DNA of 64,000 nucleotides from Felis catus (lineage: Eukaryota). Positions 13,481 through 26,430 of this stretch are shown in pieces; positions within the stretch are counted from its first letter, which is position 1; each line of letters opens with the position of its first letter. Below the pieces are notes generated by a model. It saw nothing but the letters and a program-made list of their open reading frames with translations. It was not told the origin of the DNA and made no database searches. The DNA lies in NCBI RefSeq assembly GCF_018350175.1, contig NC_058369.1, positions 24,182,001 through 24,246,000 of the forward strand, written 5' to 3'. A program made the position numbers and the translations under genes.

Positions 13481-14021
13481 TGCTGTCACCAACAGAGTTA
13501 TTCTGGATTGAATTTAATTCTAAAACCTGCTCCTGTTCATTCAAAGGATGAAACAGGTCCTTTGTGTTGGCTAGGTGTTTTATGTGAACCCATAAAATTA
13601 TTTAGGAATGTGTATCTAGGGATTTATATGAATTAAGGTTGCCCTCATATTTGTTTCCAGAAAGGCATTTTCTATAAAGAAGAATTCAATTTCATGTAAT
13701 GAATATCAGCTTATTGTCAGTGAGATGGTATCTAGTCAAAGTGAAAAGGAATCAGACTGGACAGCTGATGAATACAACTGGGCATTACTACCTGCCACCA
13801 GCACAACAACAACACAGGTTCTCATTCCTATAAATGTATTTTTTTGAAATTAAACCCAAGATCTAAAAATACGTGCCCAAAAGAAATGACCCAGTACAGT
13901 ATCTCTTTCCTAATTTAATTCATAAGCAATAGATGGCTTTTAAAAGTCTACATGGTTCACAGCAATCTGATGGCTTTTTTTTCATTAATGCTGCTGAGAA
14001 AAGCTTTCTGAAGTCTAAAAA

Positions 14022-14261
14022 TAGGGATTAGCAAACTTTTTTTTCTATCAAGGGCTAGGCTAGTAAATATCTTAGGCTTGGGGAACCATACAGCATCTGT
14101 AGAAAGTAACCAACTTTGCTTCAGCTTTGTCCTTGTACTATGAAAGCAGCCACAGATAACATACACAAAAATGGGCATGGCTGTGTTCCAATAAAACTTT
14201 ATTTACATGAACAGGTGGCAGGGCTAGACTTGGCCCATGGGCTACAGTTTGCTGAACCCTG
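14022..14261. mobile_element. MER58-like hAT-Charlie MITE
   Basis: Terminal inverted repeats AGGGATTAGCAAAC / GTTTGCTGAACCCTG; internal GGCTGTGTTCCAATAAAACTTTATTTAC; followed by GTCTAGAC, an hAT-type target. Confidence 0.88.
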
Positions 14262-15819
14262 GTCTAGACATGTTCTAATACTCCTATGTAGTAATGATAA
14301 GCACAGGCAGCACATGTGCACATCATTGGAGGTGCTCTAAGCATCTTACACTTATTAGCTCACTTAATACTCACAACAACCCTATTAGGCAGGTCCTTTG
14401 ATTATTTCTACTACTGATGAGGAAACTCCCCAAAGTTGGTACTGCGAATGAGTGCAGAGGCAGGATTCTCGGTCAGTCTAGCTCCAGAGGCCACCTCCAT
14501 CCCCTCAATCTCTGTACTGTGCCACACAACTGTGGAGAATGTTGCTGAGTTCCTTCATACCACTCTCACTTTCTCTTCTCCCAGGCCACCCCCAAAAGGT
14601 CTAAAGAATAACAACGGAAATTCTCAGAATACAATCTCTGTTCTGTAGTCCAGCCACTTTAAGGCACACCACTCCCAACTTTATAGGATGCCCTGAGCTG
14701 CAACTCGGTTGGCTATTAGAGAACTAGATACACATGAGGTAATTACCCAAGAATATTGGCCCTCCACCAGGGGAGCCTTGGAATGGAAGGTGGGAGCTTA
14801 ACAGCTTCAAACTTCATGGTGGCAGCAACAGTTACTGAAATGAAGACCCAGCTCCGAAGCAGAACACAAAACCAACAAGGACGCCATGCAATTTCCCTAT
14901 TAATTTCCGTTCTCTGAACCCGTTAACCTCAATGTGACCACTTTTTGAACAAATTATTTGGTTTTATGGATGAATCTACAATAAGAAATGTTTAGTGTAT
15001 TTCATATCCTGGTACTTCACTGCATCATAATGAGTTTGGCTCTTCCTGTACAGACAGATTTAATCAGAGACAAAGAGTTTAGAGATGATAAAATAAGTGA
15101 AGATAAAAGTAGACACTCAACAAAAAGGGGAACTAAGAAGAAACCAAAAGGGCAAGAACAATAACAGATAACAGGTAACAGATCTTAGGACAGAACTTCT
15201 GGAAACATGGGGGCAAACTCAAGTTAGGGCTAAGACATAAGGTTAAAACTCCTCTCCAGTTCCCAACTCATATCTTCTTGCACATCATTTACTTCTCAAA
15301 TAAAAAAAAAAAAACTAAACACTTTAAAAATAAAACATTCCTATAATTGCCACAATTCCAGGGAGTATTGTATTCTTCTAAAAGCCTACAACTCCACTGT
15401 TAGACACAGGCACATTAGGGCCAATTTGGTAGGGTGTCAGTTGTATTTACAGTTTGGGGTAATATAAAAACATATGGAAACTGTGAAAATTGACCCCCGG
15501 GGGGCTAATGCTGGAGGAAACCAACATTCCACAGTCTGGCCAGAGGTTGGGGGCGATTTGCCCAGACAATATACAGCCAAAGCAACCTATGAGCACAGGG
15601 GCACTTCATGTATGCAAGACCTATTTTTATTGCATCCAATCTGGAATTGGTCTGCAGCAGCCCAGACATAAAACAAAGCAGAGGTATAAGAAGATAAAAA
15701 TCTTATATGCTGATTTTCCAAATTAAAGTACAGAAATAACGTGTCAGAGTTTATATTATTTCCTACCAGAAATCAATGTTAAAATATTGCCATATAATAA
15801 AAACACCCTCTGTTTTTGG

Positions 15820-16030
15820 ATGTCATATTAAGTGCTTAAGAACTATAAAAATATAACCTCAGTTAAACAAAACAACATCCTTACATGGAGAGTATTTTTA
15901 TCCCCATTTCACAGATGAAGAACCTGAGGTTTAGGCTAACATCATATATCATACAGTTAATAAGTAGAAACCCAGAATTGGAAGGATCATTTCTATGATG
16001 CCAAAGCTCCTGGTCTTATCTATTATGCTA
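15820..16030 (-). mobile_element. MIR SINE
   Basis: TATCCCCATTTCACAGATGAAGAACCTGAGG core. Confidence 0.75.
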
Positions 16031-16249
16031 CATGAGAATAATAAAATATTATTGTACATTATTATGAGATCTTTGCCACTAAAGTAAATGGAGCATTCTA
16101 GCCAGACCCAGACATTCCTTTTTGAGAGTTACAATCTTTTTTTCTCTAAGAGGGAGGCAAAGCACTAATCTCAATAAGTTACACTCTCTTTAGGATCTGG
16201 TCCAAGGTATGGCTTATCAGACCATCCCAAAGATAATCCAGACTAACAC

Positions 16250-16850
16250 TGAGTCAGTTTTCCATTGCTGTGCAGCAACTTAACACAAACTTAGCAGCCT
16301 AAAACAACACTTATTTATTATCTCACAGCTTCAGTGAGTCAGAAGTCCAGGCACAGCTTGGTTGGTCCCTCTGATTCCAGCCTTACCAGGCTGAAATCAA
16401 GATGTTAGCCAGACTGCATTTCTTATCTGTTGGCTTTACTGGAGAAAAATGTGCTTCTAGGCTCATTTGGGTTGTTGGAAGAATCCCTTTTTCTTGCAGC
16501 TGAATGAATGAAGTTCCTAGTTATTACTGGCTGTTGGCTGGAATTGGAGACAGCCCTCAGGTTCTAGAAGCTGCTCGTAGTTCCTTGACATGTAGCCCTC
16601 TCCATGGGCAGTTCACAGTATGGCTGTTTGATTCTTCAAGGCCAGCAGACAAATCTCTCTCCAGTCTCCTAAGATGGAGTCCTATACAAGGTGAAGTAAT
16701 CACGGGAGTGCCATCCACCACCTTTGCCTTATAACATACCTTGTCCAAGGGACTGGCACTCACCACCTTTGCCACATTCTATTGGTTAGATTCAAGTAAC
16801 AAGTCCTGCCCATGAGGGGGATTATACAAGTGGGTGAAAACCAGGGAACA
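16250..16850 (-). mobile_element. MaLR solo LTR (MLT1-like), reverse orientation
   Basis: CACAAACTTAGCAGCCTAAAACAACACTTATTTATTATCTCACAG...GGCTGAAATCAAGATGTTAGCC...GGGGATTATACAAG motifs. Confidence 0.85.
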
Positions 16851-18173
16851 GAATAAAAACAAACGTAACTTTAATTACTTAAAACTTTCTAAACCTTTCT
16901 TTTATTTTGTTTGTGCTCATCTTCCAAAGTACTTCACAATCTTTTTATTGTCCATTTCAAACTATTTAGCTCAGTATCTATCTAACAGACTTCATTTTTC
17001 CATTTCTCAAACTTCTTCCAAACCATATTCACCAGTGCAACCTAAGGCATTTGGAAGGCATAACTTATGGCCAATGAGGGGTTATGGAAATTTATGCATC
17101 CTTTTACTTTCCCAAGTATTTATCCCCATGACAACACACTGCAAAAATAAATGCCTGTTCTTTCCACTCTTTTTCTCATAACTCAAATCTCTTCTAACTT
17201 AGTCTAATGACAATGAGTAAAACAGAATCACTGGTGGGTGGCGGATGAAATGAAAGTCAGTGAAGGATAACAAAGTGGCAGAATTATCGGCAAAGGGGGC
17301 ATAAGCCACTTCCCCCCAATTACATGAGAAGGCAGAACAAACCACTTCCCCACACAATTGCCTCAGCACAATTAACCACTTCCAAAATCCATCACTGTGA
17401 TGCCACCTGTTTCAATTCCACTCAATGATGTTGTTCTAACTCAGTGGTTTACAACAGTGTTCTGGCAGCACTAGCTCTGGGGGATGTCACTAATTTTTAG
17501 AAAAACAAAAACAAACAAACAAAAAAGGGTTAGGACCAAGTAAGTCTTGAGGACTTAAATGTAAAAAAAAAAAATTGTGAGCAGGTTTCTTACACCGCAG
17601 AACTTTCCAGAGCCTTTACTATTGTGAAGTGCACTGTGAATCTCTAAAAAGGAACATGGCAGGATATGTTTATTAATTTGACCCAAACCCTTTTCCTGTC
17701 CAAGGATCATCCCACTGAATTATTGCTCTGATGTATAAAGTCCAAGGAATAATAGTGTTGAGAGTTTCTCAAGTTTTAGTTATTAGTGTATCATCTCAGT
17801 GATTTTTGCTATAACATGTACTACTTGTGCTACTTAACATTTTTCTTTAAATATTTTTACTTTACATACCTTTTAGCCTTAGATTCTTTCTAAGCAAGAA
17901 TTAATGAAATCATATGTTTATATTTGATCTGCAAGTTATGGATGTTCTATACAAAGAGGCATAATTAATAACATACATAAGTGCTCATCTGTACCACATA
18001 AAAGCATCCTAATTTTTAAACACATAACTGACAATAACAAAGATTCTCAGGTACCACCAAAGTCATGACTAGAAATGATAGAGACAGCATTTAAGAATGA
18101 GGAGGAACAAGAGCTAAATCCCCCTCTTCCTTGTATGGCCGATGAGATTACTGCTCAGAGCAGTTCAGTGACT

Positions 18174-18232
18174 TACGTGCGCACATGCACACGCGCGCAT
18201 GCGCGCACACACACACATACACACACACACAC
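18174..18232. repeat. 59-bp perfectly alternating purine-pyrimidine tract (CG/CA microsatellite)
   Basis: TACGTGCGCACATGCACACGCGCGCATGCGCGCACACACACACATACACACACACACAC. Confidence 0.95.
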
Positions 18233-20046
18233 TCAGGTAGTATGTCTAAAGCCCTCAGCATACTGAGGGAAGTGAGAGGTGAGTCAGTCCCCAAGTTTCA
18301 TCATTAGAGCTTCCATTAAGATGTCTCCTTTTGTGCAGTACTAGTGAAAGTCACCCTTTCTGCTGCAGTTCAGCAACTTCTTTATTCCTAGGGAGGTACA
18401 GAGCACTGATCTTCAGTCTCTCCTTAAGAAATTTCAGCCCTGACAGAACTGATGATTTTGCTTGGAAGCAGAATAGTGCCCTTCCTTTGGTTTTCACCAG
18501 TGGGTCATCCAAGCTGAATCAGGATGGCCTGGATCAGTCCTTGATTTCAAGCTAGCAACAGGTCTAGAGTAACAGTGGGACAAAGTGAGCTTAAGAGCCA
18601 TGACTTGAGGCCTGATTGCATGAGTTTAAATCTCTGATCAACCATTTCTTCACTGAAGGACCTAGGATGGGTGAATTAATTTTTTTATATCAGTTTCCTC
18701 ATCTGTAAAACAGAATATGAACAATAAAATAATACTTACTCAAAGGAGAAATATATGAGATAATATGAGTACCAGTATATACTAAGGGATCTATAAATGC
18801 CACCATAGAGCAGTTTTAATGATAAGGACAAGAGTAATGATACTAGTGGCTTCTGTTCTCCATGCTTCCAGGCTGGCTCGCCTTTACTCAGTGACACCTG
18901 GAAAAAGCTGTTGGAAAGAAGGTTACCAATGCCCTCAACCCCAGGACCCAAGACTCACAAAGTGCCATAAAGGTGGCACCTATCTGAGGTGCTGGGTTAT
19001 CTCAGTTCCACAATTAAAAGCTCAAACTTTAGGAGGCAGCATGACAGGCAGATTGAAGGGTTCTGGAGGTCATATGTGGGTCACGTGTCTGCCTCTGCCT
19101 CTACTGGTTGTGTGGCCTCCAATCTGGGTTCTGATCTAAGTGGCGCTGAAAACAATAAAGACATAAAGATGTGGCATCCCTTGTCTCCCTGGGTTTGTAG
19201 AGCAGGACTTAGCTCTGCTATGTAAGTTATGACAACTCCCAGCCACCTCTCAATCATAAAATATATTTGGGCAGCTCTTACTCCACCTATTCTTCTTGTG
19301 AATCAGTGCATTCCTGTTCTCTCAATTGCCTATGGAAAGGTCTTCTACTTGATGACATTTACTCAAACCAAAACAGTCAGAGAGTACCAAGAGCCAGCCT
19401 AGACCTCTGCTCATTTCAGGAAGATTCTGAAAAATACAGTGAAGCTCTCAGGCTCCCTCCAGAGACTATCTGTAGACGCCTGAACCCTCTCATGCTTTCC
19501 TCTTCCTGACCCAGCCTACTTCCTCAAAGGACCCAGTCTTCCACACTGGACTCATGGTAGGATCTTTACCTGGAGGGATGCAGGAAAACCCTAAGCATCC
19601 ACAGGAGTTTTCTCATGCCCTTTCTACTTTCCACCTGGATGGCAAGACTTCTGGAATTCCCAAGGGCAGGGTGCCCCAACTTTGAGGAATTGTGGTCACA
19701 TCTAAAATCCACACAGCAGCCACCAGGACTCAGGTTCATCAGCATGCATGCTAAAGAAAGGTAGCATTTTATCGGCATTTCTCTGGACAGGACAATGTAT
19801 ATGTTTATTACTCAGGACCACTCTATGATGTAGGTATTACCATCCCCATTATAAACTAGAAACATGAGGATGAGCAAGCAAGCAACTTGCTTGGAGGGCT
19901 CCTGCAATTAGAAGGAGGCAGAGCTGGGTTCCATCCCAACCTGTTAGACTCTACAACTCAGGTCAGTTTCCTAACCTGTCATTGTTCTTGGATTTAACTC
20001 ACTTGCTAACACTTGCTAACCAGGATAATCCTCCCACGAAGATAAG

Positions 20047-20102
20047 AACAACAAAAAAAAAACAAAAAAACAAAAAAAAAACAAAAAATAACAAAAAAAA
20101 AA
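20047..20102 (+). repeat. A-rich (CAn) simple repeat
   Basis: AACAACAAAAAAAAAACAAAAAAACAAAAAAAAAACAAAAAATAACAAAAAAAAAA. Confidence 0.9.
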
Positions 20103-22458
20103 ATGGCACCATTATCTGGCTATAAGATTTTTTTTTCCCAAAGCTATGCTACCACCATTCTTCATCAGCAGTTCCAAGCATCTTTTCTTCTTCTTACCAC
20201 AGAAAACTCAGCAAAAGCTCTATTTCTCACACCAGGAGATACACACACACAAACATACACACATATACACATACATACACACACACATATATTTAGTTCA
20301 CACACATACTTCTTAAACTTACTACACATAAAAACTTACATATATCTATGTATACTTATATTTCTTTCACACACCACACCTAAGTGATGACTGTGAGGGC
20401 ATCTCTCCTTTAGGCAAAGGCTCTATCCATTGTATAAAATAAGACACCACAGGAGACTAAAAACCATCTGAGACTCTGTGAAGACAGACAGACAGACAGA
20501 AGGAAGCCTGCTCTCACACTCCTCATCCAGCATTCAAGGAAATCATTTACCCAGTGAATAGCTGAGGCTTGGGGAATTATTGAAGTTGTATAAAATTCCT
20601 ACAGGATAATGATGAATGACTGTATTAAATGTAGCTGTCATGTAATTTAGAAATAAGAAATAATCTAAACTCACATTGTATAGACTAATTTTCCTACACC
20701 ACTAAGTGATAACTCATATTAAAATTTTTCGTTTCTATGAGAAAAACATCATCAATATTAATTATATAAATAATAAAAATATTTAAAATTTAAGATGAAG
20801 CAGAAGAAAAGGAATTCATTTAAAACTGTAAGTGTTCTGTTCTATTAATGTCTCCACCTCATATTTTCACTTTATGCAATGTTTCCTATTACTAGTGAGT
20901 TCATTTGCTAGTTTAAATACTAAATTATTTCTGGTTTTATTTTATAAAATGAGAATTATTTTTCATCCAAAGAAGAAATTGGAAACAAGAGAGATTTTCC
21001 CCTTTCCCAACTGAAGAAACTGAAAACCCCTATAAATTTAACATATCCAAGTTCAGCCCATGAGGAAAGCAGCATTCTATTAGAAAATAACGTGTCAAAT
21101 TCTTACTGCATGTTTGTACCACTTAACTCAAGTCCTATGTTGCTTGTATTTTTAATTAATTGATTTTCTTTCCATTTGTTCTTTCTTTTCTCTTTTTAAA
21201 AATACCACATTTTAATTTGGATCTTCTAAAAAACCAGGCTGTCCGTTTATGTCTTGGAATATAGAAGGGGAATAAAGAACTCTAGCTTTTCTAGATGTTG
21301 GGATTTAATTTTTACATTGTTGTTTTGTGGAAATCGATTAAAGTCTAAGTCCTGGCAACACGTGAACACATGATGGTTAAAAAAAAAAATCACAAGTTTC
21401 TCACTGACTGAGCGGTTGGGAATGGAATATTTTATGATACAGATTTACAAATCTCTATGAACTGGAAGCATTTCCTGGGCAATTAATCAAGGGGAACTTT
21501 TATGTAAAAACACATCTCGATTGAGTTATTCACAAACGATCCCACAAGCTGCAATGACTAATTGTAAGTCTCAGACCTGGGCAGTTTGCTGAAATGCTTT
21601 TCTTCAGGCCATTAAAAATACCATGACAACATACAAATTCGACAAGAAGAATAAACTAACTATGGAAAGTTACAATTACAGAAAGGAATTATTCAAAGTA
21701 TGTGACCCCATGCACAAAAATGATGCACGTTTATTTGATACTGCAGACTCTCCTCTATTTTTTCCCTTTGATAGGTCTGTTGTAATTCTCCCTAACATTA
21801 ATGAGAGATATGTGCTAAAAATGAATAGCTGCTAACTCTAGCCATCTGTGCATTCCTGGTACAAATAAAATTGAATGTCATCACTACCCTATTGGATTTC
21901 TCGGTAATGCTCTTTGCTGATAAGAACTTTGAAAAAATACCAATGGCTTTTTTTTTCTTTTTCTTACTCATACAAAGCATGCCCATTCCCCTTGCTACAT
22001 AAAGGAGTCTATTCTACTCTGAACCCAGGCAGCCACTAAGAGGTGGGGTGAGATAAATCCCTGCTTATCAAGATAACTGTTTCCCCACTCGGTATAAATG
22101 GAGACAAAGTATAGCCAGACTCGAATGATTAAAATGGCCAAATTCTTAGCAGGTTAACTCATTACTTTTCATCCTTCTCTTGCCAGCCCTGAAAGCTAAG
22201 TAGCTGTCTTAACAGCCTGCAGCAATCACTTCCAAACAACTCTCTTGCCCTACAGCTACGCTAAAACGGAGTTAATTCATTTTCCTTTTATGAATTACTG
22301 GCTGTCAAGAATTTGAGAAAGGTCCCAGGCTTTAATGGAGACCTCTGAAAAGAGAGACCATGTGCTGGAGAACCCAAGAAGGTATGCTGGGGAGCCAGAA
22401 AAGCTGGAAGATTGGAAAGGCACTGGTTAGGAATTGGGATACATATATATGCATATAT

Positions 22459-22461
<3 letters not shown>

Positions 22462-22512
<51 letters not shown>
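22462..22512 (+). repeat. (CA)n microsatellite
   Basis: About 25 perfect units. Confidence 0.98.
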
Positions 22513-22514
<2 letters not shown>

Positions 22515-23439
22515 TTATCAGAAGAGAGGTTCATGAGACTATCTCCAAACATAGCCAAGCATCTCTTCACTGAGAACTGGGAAAATACAGCAAGTACCAC
22601 AAGCCAAGTAGTTACAGCTTCACTTCCCTGAGCAGCCAGCCAGTCAATCCTCAGCAAGCCAAATTTTGTTAAGGGCCCCTTCATCCACCCTTCTGAGAGG
22701 TGTGTGTTAAGTCCTGTTTCAGAAAACCCAAGGGTCTAATGATCAGGTGGATCACTTCTTCCTCTCAAGCTGCACAGAAGGCCTTGGTGATTGGGATCCT
22801 CTCATAGATTTGATCATTAGATCTAGTTTTATATGACATATGATGACAGAACTGCTAAGAATATTTATTAGCTTGGCTAACAACTAAAGAAAAAAACGGT
22901 AATCACAGCTCTCTGGAGAGGCTTTTTAAATTTCATTTTATGGCACTATAAAATGAGGCCATACCCTGAACATTTAAAGGGGCAAATTATTTGGTTGGAA
23001 GTGGCTCAAATTTTGAAGTTCAGTCATATCGATAGACAAAAGCTAAGAGAATATTCAAGGTAAAGTCCATTTCTAAGGTAGCTAAGATATCACGAAAAGA
23101 GGGTAAGTATCCATTTGATACAAGTGACCACCTGTGTGTTTACAGTGTGTATGTTGGGCATCAAGATTATACTTTGAAAAAGTTCTTCATATTTAGCAAA
23201 CTGTTCCTAATTCTAAAAACAAGCAATGCCAATGTAAAATTGTTAACCAGTAATTTATTCCTTAACAACATATTATAATAGTACAAATTCATGTGCTTTT
23301 CCTGAAAGCATAATTTTGTTAAATCTATCATCCTTCCAACTTACTAAAAAATGTTGACTATTATGTACTAGCAGAATTTTTTGAATAGAACATAGAAAAT
23401 GCAAGTGTAAGATTACTAGTACGTAAGAGAATATAAGAA

Positions 23440-24340
23440 ATCATGTACCTAATAAGTCTAGCATCCAAAAAATATAAATAACTCTTACAACTCAACAATA
23501 AAAGGACTAATAACATAATTAAAATGGGCAAAGACTCTGAACAGACAGACATTTCTCCATGAAAGATACACAAATGGCCAATAAGCACATGAAAATATGT
23601 TCACATCACTAGTCATTAGGTTAATGCAAAGCAAAACCACAGTGAGATACCACTTCATACTTCTAGGATGACTATGATCCAAAGATAGGCAGTAACACAT
23701 GTTGGTGAGAATGTGGAGAAACTGGGACTATCACACCGTACTGATGGAAATGTAAAATAGCACAGCCACTGTGAAAAACAATTGGGCAGTTCCTCAAGAA
23801 CTTGAACAGAATCATCATATGACACAGAAATTCCACTCCAAGGTACATACCCAAGAGAATGAAAACAGATTTTTAAACAACAACTTGCAAATGAATGTTC
23901 ATATCAGCATTGTTCAAACTAGCTAAAAAGTACAAACAACCCAAAAGTTAATCAACGAATAAATATATAAACAAAATGTTATATTCATATAATGGAATAT
24001 TATTAAGCAATAAAAAGGAAGGAAATACCCATGCTACAACATGAATGAATCCAAACATATTAAGCTAAGTGAAAGAATACAATCACAAAAGACCACGTAT
24101 TACATGATCTCATTTATATGAAGTGTCCCAAATATGCAAATCCATACAGACAGAGAGTAGACTAGGGGCTGGAGAGGGGGAGAAATGGAGTGACTGCTAA
24201 TGGTTTCTCTCTGGTGATTAAAATTTAATTCTGGAATTAGTGGTGATGATTGCACAACCTTGTGAATACACCAACAACCATTAAATTATACGCTATAAAA
24301 AGGAATTTTACTATATATGAATTATACCTTAATTAAAAAA
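23440..24340 (+). mobile_element. L1 (L1MB-like) 3' end, about 900 bp
   Basis: CTCTTACAACTCAACAATAAAA...AATGGGCAAAGAC...GCTAAGTGAAAGAA...TTGCACAACCTTGTGAATAC...TATATGAATTATACCTTAAT. Confidence 0.92.
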
Positions 24341-24758
24341 TTATACATGCTAGTGATTAAAAAAATAGTACAAGAGTTTATAAAAAGAAAGCCTATATTC
24401 CCCCCCACCTCTGCAATAACCACTCCCACTGTTAAGCATATTTTGTCAATCTTTCCGGAGATCTTCTTTGGCAGATTGGACAAATAGATACACATACCCC
24501 TTTAAAAATAAAATAGATAATGCTTTACATTTTACAGTATTTCTTGGACATCTTCCTATATGAGGAACATATAGACTGGTGTGTGGGTAAAGGAGATGGA
24601 GAGAGATGGCAGAGCTGAAAGAAGGGATTTCAGGCAGTAGCTTGAAATCCCACCCTCTGGAGGAGCAATGACCTTTTTCTTAAATTTTCAAATGTTTACT
24701 GAACAACTCTTTCTGGATATCCTACATATATGTCAATATACTCAAAACTATGACTCTT

Positions 24759-24900
24759 TTTCATGTTTACTTATTCATTTTGAGAGAGAGAGAAAGAGGG
24801 TGGGGAAGGGCAGAGAGAGAGAATCCCAAGCAGGCTCCTCATTGTCAGCGCAGAGCCCCGCGTGGGTCTCAGACTCAACAACCGCAAGATCAACCTGAGC
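24759..24900 (-). mobile_element. Can-SINE lacking its 5' head
   Basis: T-rich tail, (GA)n, GAATCCCAAGCAGGCTCC...GTCAGCGCAGAGCCC...ACCTGAGC, then an abrupt switch of orientation. Confidence 0.9.
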
Positions 24901-25089
24901 GTCTGACTTTGGCTCAGGTCATGATCTCATGGTTCCTGGTTCCAAGCCCTGCGTCAAGCTCTGTGCTGACAGTGCAGAGCCTGGAGCCTGCTTTGGATTC
25001 TGTCTCCCTCTCTCTCTGCCCCTCCCCCACTCACTCTCTGTCTCTCCCTCTCTGTGTCAAAAATAAACATAAAAAAATAAAAAACAAAA
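24897..25089 (+). mobile_element. Can-SINE lacking its first ~25 nt
   Basis: Starts GAGCGTCTGACTTTGGCTCAGGTCATGATCTC; ends in (CT)n and AAAATAAACATAAAAAA tail. Confidence 0.92.
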
Positions 25090-25097
25090 CAAAACTA

Positions 25098-25291
25098 ATA
25101 CTCTTAACTATGGAGAACTGATGATTACCAGAGTGGGGGTGGATGGGAGAATGGGTTACATAGGTGATGGGGATTAAGAAGTGCACTTGTGAGGAGCACT
25201 ACATGATGCACGGAATCACTATATTGCACCCTTGAAACTAATATAAAACTGTATGTTAACTAACCAGAATTAAAATAAAAACTTTAAAAAA
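25098..25291 (+). mobile_element. Carnivore-type L1 3'UTR fragment
   Basis: ACTCTTAACTATGGAGAAC...GGTGATGGGGATTAAGAAGTGCACTTGTG...GAAACTAATATAAAACTGTATGTTAAC...AAAATAAAAAC. Confidence 0.88.
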
Positions 25292-25569
25292 CCTAATTAT
25301 CCCCTGTCCCTCTCCAAAGTGAAAAATCACCCTACTTCTTTTGCAGTTTCTTCTCCATCAAGGTCATCCAAGATAGGGAGTCAAGAAGGAGTAAGTGCTC
25401 CTTCCTCACACAATCTGCCGTTTTAATTTAATTTAAAATGTCTACCATAATAGTTACCTTCTCACTATTACTGCTGCCGTCTTACCTCATGCCTTGTTGT
25501 CTTTGTCCAGATACTGAAATAGTTCCTATCTGGCTTCTCTGCTGCCAAATTATCTACCTGTCCTTTCAT

Positions 25570-26430
25570 CCATCTTTCCATCCATTCATCCATCTAATCA
25601 TCCAACAAATATTTATGGAGCAATAACCATGTGCTAGCAACTGAAGACACAAAGATGAAGAGGAAATTGTCTCCACCATTAGTTCAAAGTTTAGTGGAAG
25701 GGAGAAACATGCGGTTAGAAAATAACATGCTTTTTACAACATGAAGTACTGTCAGACACAAGATGGAACTACTGACTTTGAGAGGATCAGAGGAAGACAT
25801 GTGAATTGAGACTTCAAGGACAAGTAAGAGTTTTGTGGGAAAAGAGGAGGAAAGGCATGTTTAAGCAATGGGAAGAGCATGCTAGAATGTAGAGACATAG
25901 GATAGGAAAGACCTAGCAAGTGTAGGATATGAGAAAAAATTCAGTGACACAAAGAGTAGAAAATAAGGAGGTGGAGGCGCTTTTTATTTATTTAGGGCTT
26001 TGAGATAAGACTTGAAGGCAACCTGGGGTCCAGAGGGTGAAGGATTCCATAAGCCAGGCACAGAGTTTCCTATGCTGCCCAGTGTGTGAGGAGGAGGCAA
26101 CAAGGGCTTCTGGGCACAGGCGCTGCCTCACCTGCCTCACCTCCAGATTTCATCTGGAGTAGACGATGGGGGCAGGCTAGGACTCTCTGGAGGCTACTGC
26201 AATAGACCAAATGACGAATGGGGATAACAGCCATTAGAATGGGAAAAGGCACTGAGAGAGATGAAATTTGAGGGGATTAGACCGAGTGAGGGATGAACCA
26301 AGGTTTCTATCTTAGAAACACAGGTGGATGTTGTACCAGTTCCAAGACTCAATGCCAAGTATATGAAGTAGTGGGAACATGAGTGAAGGAAAGGGTGAAG
26401 AGTCCAATTTTGGTTGTACTGGAAATATGA
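25570..26430 (-). mobile_element. L2 LINE fragment
   Basis: CATTCATCCATCTAATCATCCAACAAATATTTATGGAGC start and purine-rich L2 body. Confidence 0.7.

Noticed and set aside
12005..13636. Cluster of overlapping plus-strand ORFs up to 144 aa
   Set aside because: They lie in degenerate L2 sequence and show no recognisable protein or exon structure
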